Below, piece after piece: positions 58,814-64,000 of a stretch of DNA of 64,000 bases. The notes below the pieces were generated by a model. It had not been told where the DNA came from. It did no database searches and saw nothing but the letters and a program-made list of their open reading frames with translations. The stretch's first letter is position 1; each line of letters opens with the position of its first letter. A program made the translations under genes and the position numbers. This DNA is from Spirochaetota bacterium. Its GTDB lineage: Bacteria > Spirochaetota > UBA4802 > UBA5550. The DNA is taken from NCBI GenBank assembly GCA_035403465.1, contig DAONFG010000002.1:123835-187834 (forward strand), in the 5' to 3' direction.

Positions 58814-59602
58814 CTGAAAAATCTAACACGCAGCGATATAGACTTCTTCCTCGAAATCTCCAAGTCTGCAGGCGACTGGGCTTTTGAATACCAGCGGGAA
58901 AATATAATCCTCTGCCGCAAGGATGACCGGTCCATAGTGACACATGCAGATATCTGGGTGCAGAATTTTCTTGTAAAAAAAATCTCGGAAAAGTTTCCTG
59001 GTTTTAGATTCATAGGCGAGGAAACTCCTTCAGACAGGTCAGTCCTTGCAGAGGACAAAGTTTCGGTTATTATAGATCCGATCGACGGCACAGCCATGTA
59101 CAGCATGCACCTGCCGATCTGGTGCGTCTCAATAGGTATATTCCTCGGGTTTAAACCGGCTTATGGATTTGTCTATTCCCCCGGATGCGGCATGATGTTT
59201 CATGCAGACAATGAAGGTTCATGGCTGAACGGAAACAGGCTGGCCATAGACAGAAACATCGATATAGACAACGAGACCAATATCTTCTACTCATCAGAAA
59301 TTCGTGACGTAAAAATAAATTTCACAGGCAAGGTGCGTAACCTGGGATCTACAGCTCTCCACGCATGCCTTACAACAGATAACATTCGCAACCGCACCCT
59401 GGCCTTTATAGGAAAGTCATACCTCTGGGACTGGGCTGGAGCAATACCGGTAATGGAAAAAGCGGGTGTAACAGTCAGTTACATCGACGGCCGCAAACTT
59501 GACTATGCGAAGATTATTGAAAATAATTATGAATTTGAAGATTATGCAGTGGCATACACATGCAGCGATTTTGAAACAATCCGGGAGATTTTATCCAGAT
59601 AA
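58814..59602 (+). CDS. inositol monophosphatase family protein; the start codon is uncertain (candidate CTG at 58814, ORF-track GTG at 58937)
   Basis: IMPase motifs FIGEETPSD and IIDPIDGTAMY, with WDWAGA near the C-terminus. The in-frame upstream translation (…FLEISKSAGDWAFEYQRENIILCRKDDRSIVTHADIWVQNF…) matches the conserved IMPase N-terminus but contains no ATG or GTG. The SD GGAGA lies 7 nt before the CTG at 58814. Confidence 0.65.
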   Translation: MKNLTRSDIDFFLEISKSAGDWAFEYQRENIILCRKDDRSIVTHADIWVQNFLVKKISEKFPGFRFIGEETPSDRSVLAEDKVSVIIDPIDGTAMYSMHLPIWCVSIGIFLGFKPAYGFVYSPGCGMMFHADNEGSWLNGNRLAIDRNIDIDNETNIFYSSEIRDVKINFTGKVRNLGSTALHACLTTDNIRNRTLAFIGKSYLWDWAGAIPVMEKAGVTVSYIDGRKLDYAKIIENNYEFEDYAVAYTCSDFETIREILSR

Positions 59603-59790
59603 CGTTTTGCCGCAGAGGCACTAAATTTGTTAAGTATTTGACAAATCCGTCTTTAGCTGTACCGGTAACTTAATTGTTATCGGGAAAATTTATAGCGTCG
59701 GAGCCTGTATGACGGATTATGATGTCATGTAACAGTCATTTCCGCGATAGTTTCATTCTGACGAAATGTGCTTTAAGTGGATGGTTGGCA

Positions 59791-62121
59791 ATGATACGCA
59801 AAACGCTTTATGCCCTGATCGATACCTGCAATAATTTTGTTGTGATCCACTACAGGGCCGTACTGATAATATTATTTCTGCTCACCATCCCCATGGCTTA
59901 TTTTTACTCACAGCAGCGGCACGAAAACCATATCGGCATATACTTCGACAGGGATAATGAAGACCTCGTTTATTACCGGGAGTTCCAGGAAAAATACGGC
60001 AATGAGGAATTCATCATGGTTGTATTCAAGGAACCGGACATTTTTACAGTAAAAAATATGGATGTGATCAGGGACATAACCTCGTCCCTTAAGAACATTG
60101 ACGGTGTGCAGAGAGCCCTGAGCCTGACCGAGGTTAAGGAGGCATATGGTGAGGCTGATTCGATCTCATTCAGGCCGGTTATCCCGGATAATTATACTGA
60201 AGATTCTTTAACCGGATTAAAAAACCGTGTACTTGCCGACCGGAACCTTGTAAACAGCGTTATATCTCCTGACGGTACAACGACAGCGATTTTCGCACAG
60301 CTTCAGCCCTTCAGGGATGAAAAAAAGAGACATCTTGTAAACACAGTCATTGACGAGGTTGAGAAAGCCGGATCCGGGCGCACTGAACTTCACATTGCAG
60401 GAGTTCCTGTGGTTGAGGCCAGGATGAACATCCTCTCAGCCAGGGATTACAACCTTTTTGTCCCTATAACTCTACTCATCATTTTTATTTTAGTAGCCAT
60501 CAACCTGCGCAACTGGACACTCTCCCTTCTTACCCTGGCCAACATGCTTCTTATTTTTGCATGGGGCATAGGCATATACTGCATGGCGGGACAGACTTTC
60601 AACATGCTTACTGTAATACTGGGACCCATGCTGCTTACCACCGCTGTCGAACACTCGATACATGTCCTTTCCCAGTTCGAGGAGGACTATATCGCATCTG
60701 ATGGAAGGAACAATTATGCAGATCTCGTCCGCATGACAATCAGGGAGGTCTGGATTCCATGCTTTCTCACGAGCGCGACTACTGCCATGGGATTCCTTTC
60801 TTTCGGCAAGGCTACAGTCCAGCCTGTCCAGACTATCGGTATATATACAGCGATAATGGTGCTGCTCGGTTTTATAATAACGATGGTATTTATGCCCGCT
60901 GCACTCATGTTCCTTCAGAACAGGATGCATAAACAAATATCATGGAAGACCCGGAACTCCGTACAGGCCCACGATAGCGGGATAATAATGCATCTGCTTA
61001 TGAAACTCGTAAATTTTGATGTACGCCATTACAAACCGATTTCAATCATCATGACCGGACTTCTCCTTATCTCCGCGGCAATAGGTATCTATAAACTTCA
61101 TTTTGAGACGAACACAATCCAGTACCTCACAGAGAAGGATTCAACAAAGTCCGACATACGGTTCATCGAGAAAAACCTCGGCGGGTCCATTCCTTTTGCT
61201 ATAACCATACAGGCTAAAACCCCGGAATATGATTTCAGCAATCCTGAAAGCCTGAAGCTCATAGACCGGGCCCAGAGAGACCTGATGGATATAAGCAATG
61301 GGAAATACACCTATTCATTCTCAATCGCAAACTATTTCCCCGAAATCAACCGAGCCTTCCACGAAAATGATCAGCGTTACTTTAAAATCCCGGAATCGCA
61401 AATGGATGTTCTTGATTTTTACGAAATCGGTGACCAGGAGGTCATCAGCCGTGTAGTGGCCCCTGACCGCATGGAGGCCAGTATTAATTTTCAGACCACC
61501 TGGGGAAATAACAGCGATGCGCTGAATAATTTTAATAGCATCAGCCGGCACATGGATGAACTTCTGGGCGGGAATTATACCTGGAAAATTACCGGCCTTT
61601 CCACCCTGTACCTCAAGATGGAAACGAACCTTATGACTACACAGATCAGCAGCTTTATACTTTCATTTATCCTGATATTCGGTATGATGTTTTTCGTATG
61701 CAGGAACATAAAGCTGACAATCATCAGCATGATACCGAATATTTTCCCGATATTCATCACCCTGGGAATAATGGGAATATTTAACATCCCGTTTGATGTT
61801 GCCACTATCATGATCGGAAGTGTGACACTCGGTATCGTGGTAGATGATACAACACACTATATGATATGGTTCAGGCGCAACATGGTCAAGGGTATGACTC
61901 ACAAGGATGCAATAGTGCAGACATTCAAAGACGTTGGCAAACCTACATTTATAACGTCGCTTGTCCTGTGTCTCGGTTTCGGCGTCCTGATGCTTGGGAG
62001 CATAAGACCTACCCAGTATTTCGGAATACTTTCGGCGTTTGCCATGCTCATAGCACCGTTCGGGGATTACCTTATGCTTCCGGCGCTCATATTGATCTTT
62101 AAGCCGAAGATTACAAAATAA
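59791..62121 (+). CDS. MMPL/RND-superfamily exporter (HpnN-like, 12 TM with two periplasmic loops)
   Basis: Two 6-TM bundles are each followed by a large periplasmic domain, with conserved RND/MMPL TM motifs (GVPVVEARMN, LTSATTAMGFLSF, GSVTLGIVVDDTTHYM). The start was chosen at MIRKTLYAL; the ORF-track start is 59719. Confidence 0.8.
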   Translation: MIRKTLYALIDTCNNFVVIHYRAVLIILFLLTIPMAYFYSQQRHENHIGIYFDRDNEDLVYYREFQEKYGNEEFIMVVFKEPDIFTVKNMDVIRDITSSLKNIDGVQRALSLTEVKEAYGEADSISFRPVIPDNYTEDSLTGLKNRVLADRNLVNSVISPDGTTTAIFAQLQPFRDEKKRHLVNTVIDEVEKAGSGRTELHIAGVPVVEARMNILSARDYNLFVPITLLIIFILVAINLRNWTLSLLTLANMLLIFAWGIGIYCMAGQTFNMLTVILGPMLLTTAVEHSIHVLSQFEEDYIASDGRNNYADLVRMTIREVWIPCFLTSATTAMGFLSFGKATVQPVQTIGIYTAIMVLLGFIITMVFMPAALMFLQNRMHKQISWKTRNSVQAHDSGIIMHLLMKLVNFDVRHYKPISIIMTGLLLISAAIGIYKLHFETNTIQYLTEKDSTKSDIRFIEKNLGGSIPFAITIQAKTPEYDFSNPESLKLIDRAQRDLMDISNGKYTYSFSIANYFPEINRAFHENDQRYFKIPESQMDVLDFYEIGDQEVISRVVAPDRMEASINFQTTWGNNSDALNNFNSISRHMDELLGGNYTWKITGLSTLYLKMETNLMTTQISSFILSFILIFGMMFFVCRNIKLTIISMIPNIFPIFITLGIMGIFNIPFDVATIMIGSVTLGIVVDDTTHYMIWFRRNMVKGMTHKDAIVQTFKDVGKPTFITSLVLCLGFGVLMLGSIRPTQYFGILSAFAMLIAPFGDYLMLPALILIFKPKITK

Positions 62122-62126
62122 TAATG

Positions 62127-63482
62127 CTACTTCCCTATACAGAACCTGCTGAAAATTGATCCCAGCACATCCTCAGGGGTTATCTCCCCTGTTACTTCAG
62201 ATAGAATGGCTATAAGCTCGTCCAGCACAAAGGCTATTATTTCGGGAAGTTCTCCGCGCCTGAACAGTTCCGTGAGGCCGTCCATTCGTTCTATTGCAGA
62301 ATCCAGTATGTTCAGGACCCGCACATCGGCCAGGAACGAGTTTTTATAATCAACAAATTCACCGGTAATCACAGCCTTCAGGGCCTCTTCAAGTTCCCTG
62401 AACCCGGCCCCGCTTTTAGCACATACAGGTATGAACTCATAACCTGTTTCACCGGCAAGGGACTTTGCAAAATCTTTTTCCACAAGGTCTATCTTGTTCA
62501 GGATAAAAAGAGTTTTCTTGCCGCTGGTACTGCTTATTATTTTCCTGTCCTCTTCTGTAATTCCCGAAGAGGCATCGATCACAATCAGAACCACGCTCGC
62601 GTCAGCAAGCTTTCTGCGTGTAAGTTCAATTCCCATTCGCTCAACATCGTCTGTCGGTGTCCCTATACCCGCAGTGTCAGTGAGGTTGATCCTTATACCG
62701 CCGACCTGCAGCGTCTCACGTATCAGGTCACGTGTTGTCCCCGGGATGTCCGACACAAGCGCCCGCTCCTCGTTCAGAATCAGGTTCATCAGGCTGGATT
62801 TCCCGACGTTGGGACGTCCTGCCAGGATCACGTCAAGGCCCTGCGAAGCCTTTTTCCCTTCGCCGCACCTTCTCCGTATGTCTGCAAGCGATTCTTCAAC
62901 GGACTTAACCATCTCCATTGCATTCTCATATGACACGAACTCAATTTCCTGGTCAGAAAAATCTATCCCCGCCTCTATATCCGCCTTGAGAAGAACAAGC
63001 TGTTCGCGCAAGGATTGCACCGCGACTTTAAGCGACCCGTGCATCTGGTTTAGCGAAGCGCTTATCTCCCACTCACTCCTTGCGTTTATCAGGCTGTTTA
63101 TAGCCTCCGCAGCTGTAAGGTCCATCCTGCCGTTCAGGAAACCGCGCTTTGAAAACTCGCCGGGTTCAGCGGCCCGCACTCCATGTTTAAAAAGAAGCCG
63201 CAGGATACTGCTGACCACAAGCGGGTTCCCGTGACAGAAAATCTCCGCCATATCCTCGCCTGTAAAGCTTGCCGGACCCTGGTAATAAACGAGAATCACA
63301 TCATCAACCAGCGCATCACCGTTAATGACCGAACCGTAAGCCGCGTACCTGTTTTTTATTAAGTCACTTCTACTGAAGATGGAGCATGCGGCCCTGTATG
63401 ATCCAGGACCGCTTACCCGTATGACCGCTATGGAGGAATTGACCGGCGCAGATGCCGGCGCGCAGATTGTATCGCTGAACAT
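62127..63482 (-). CDS. mnmE: tRNA modification GTPase MnmE
   Basis: N-terminus DTICAPASAPVNSSIAVIRVSGP, G1 motif GRPNVGKSSLMN, and the C-terminal CIGK motif (…SRFCIGK*). Confidence 0.9.
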   Translation of the reverse strand: MFSDTICAPASAPVNSSIAVIRVSGPGSYRAACSIFSRSDLIKNRYAAYGSVINGDALVDDVILVYYQGPASFTGEDMAEIFCHGNPLVVSSILRLLFKHGVRAAEPGEFSKRGFLNGRMDLTAAEAINSLINARSEWEISASLNQMHGSLKVAVQSLREQLVLLKADIEAGIDFSDQEIEFVSYENAMEMVKSVEESLADIRRRCGEGKKASQGLDVILAGRPNVGKSSLMNLILNEERALVSDIPGTTRDLIRETLQVGGIRINLTDTAGIGTPTDDVERMGIELTRRKLADASVVLIVIDASSGITEEDRKIISSTSGKKTLFILNKIDLVEKDFAKSLAGETGYEFIPVCAKSGAGFRELEEALKAVITGEFVDYKNSFLADVRVLNILDSAIERMDGLTELFRRGELPEIIAFVLDELIAILSEVTGEITPEDVLGSIFSRFCIGK

Positions 63483-64000
63483 TATTTTTTATTAGCAGGG
63501 GATATCCTGATCTTTCTATATATTCCCTGCCCTTCACTCTTTGTAACAACACGTTTGTCGTTCTGAAGGGTAAGGTGTATAAGTCGTCTTTCAAACGGGT
63601 TCATCGGCTCAAGCGTAAGTGGCCTTCCGGACTTGACTACCTTGATCGCCATGTCCCTTGACATTTTTTTCAGAGCCTTCTCTCTTTTATCCCTGTATGC
63701 CTCTATGTCGAGTATGATCTTCTTCTCGCTCCCTGTGGTATTGTTGATCATGAGGTTAACCATGAACTGAAGCGCTTCGAGAGTCTTTCCTTTTTTACCA
63801 ATAATGAGGCCTGAACTGGTTTTGCTCTCCAGTTCAACATAAACCTTGGTCTCGCCCTCCTTGATGTCTTTGACAGAACCATCGATATTCATTTTATCAA
63901 GAAGTGTTTCCAGTATCTCCCTGACCTTGTCTCCTACATCCTCACCACTCTCATTGTAATAAATCCTGACCTTCGCAGGCCTTGACACACCGAATCCGAA
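63482..64000 (-). CDS. jag: Jag/KhpB-type RNA-binding protein (KH + R3H domains); the 5' end probably lies beyond the window edge
   Basis: KH-like segment (GLIIGKKGKTLEALQFMVNLM) and R3H (LEPMNPFERRLIHLTLQNDKRVVTKSEG). It overlaps the mnmE start. The reading frame stays open to the end of the window. Confidence 0.7.
   Translation of the reverse strand, partial: FGFGVSRPAKVRIYYNESGEDVGDKVREILETLLDKMNIDGSVKDIKEGETKVYVELESKTSSGLIIGKKGKTLEALQFMVNLMINNTTGSEKKIILDIEAYRDKREKALKKMSRDMAIKVVKSGRPLTLEPMNPFERRLIHLTLQNDKRVVTKSEGQGIYRKIRISPANKK

Noticed and set aside
1-64000. Search for selenoprotein genes (adjacent same-frame ORFs split by TGA) prompted by selC
   Set aside because: All adjacent same-strand ORF pairs are distinct genes with ATGA or short overlaps. 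No domain is interrupted by an in-frame TGA, so no selenoprotein candidate lies in this window.

Overview
This 64-kb window reads as a chromosomal segment of a Gram-negative-type bacterium that uses selenocysteine, with a tRNA-Sec gene (selC, anticodon UCA) at 11839-11930 on the minus strand. Most genes are core: prfA-prmC-selC, tRNA-Arg(CCU), ispG, lon, tadA, mnmE-jag, a five-gene branched-chain amino-acid ABC operon, dsbD, a fatty-acid CoA ligase and a CDF transporter. There is also a complete alternative polyamine operon in the order speA, carboxynorspermidine dehydrogenase, carboxynorspermidine decarboxylase, speB, and several envelope or signalling genes, including two M23 peptidases, bactofilin, ankyrin, MCP, hybrid HK, Crp/Fnr and NikR. 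The most unusual locus is at 852-8226: a thioester-containing alpha-2-macroglobulin is translationally coupled to a protein that fuses a SpoIID/LytB lytic-transglycosylase domain to a PBP-type transpeptidase domain (SxxK/SxN/KTG), that is, a variant of the known A2M-PBP1c module. The stretch between that locus and selC (8.2-11.8 kb) looks accessory. It carries members of a MITE-like repeat family with TGTCAYTSCG terminal inverted repeats, with a third copy at 20641-20812, plus secreted hypothetical proteins. Other points are a small tandem-repeat secreted protein encoded divergently from a hybrid histidine kinase, a ComFB-like protein after lon, an acyltransferase/alpha-beta-hydrolase fusion, and an inositol-monophosphatase gene that appears to lack an ATG/GTG start. 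No CRISPR array, prophage, integrase or in-frame-TGA selenoprotein candidate was found in the window. The ORF-track coordinates and my own line-based positions disagree by 1 nt in places, so hand-derived coordinates are accurate to about 1-2 nt.
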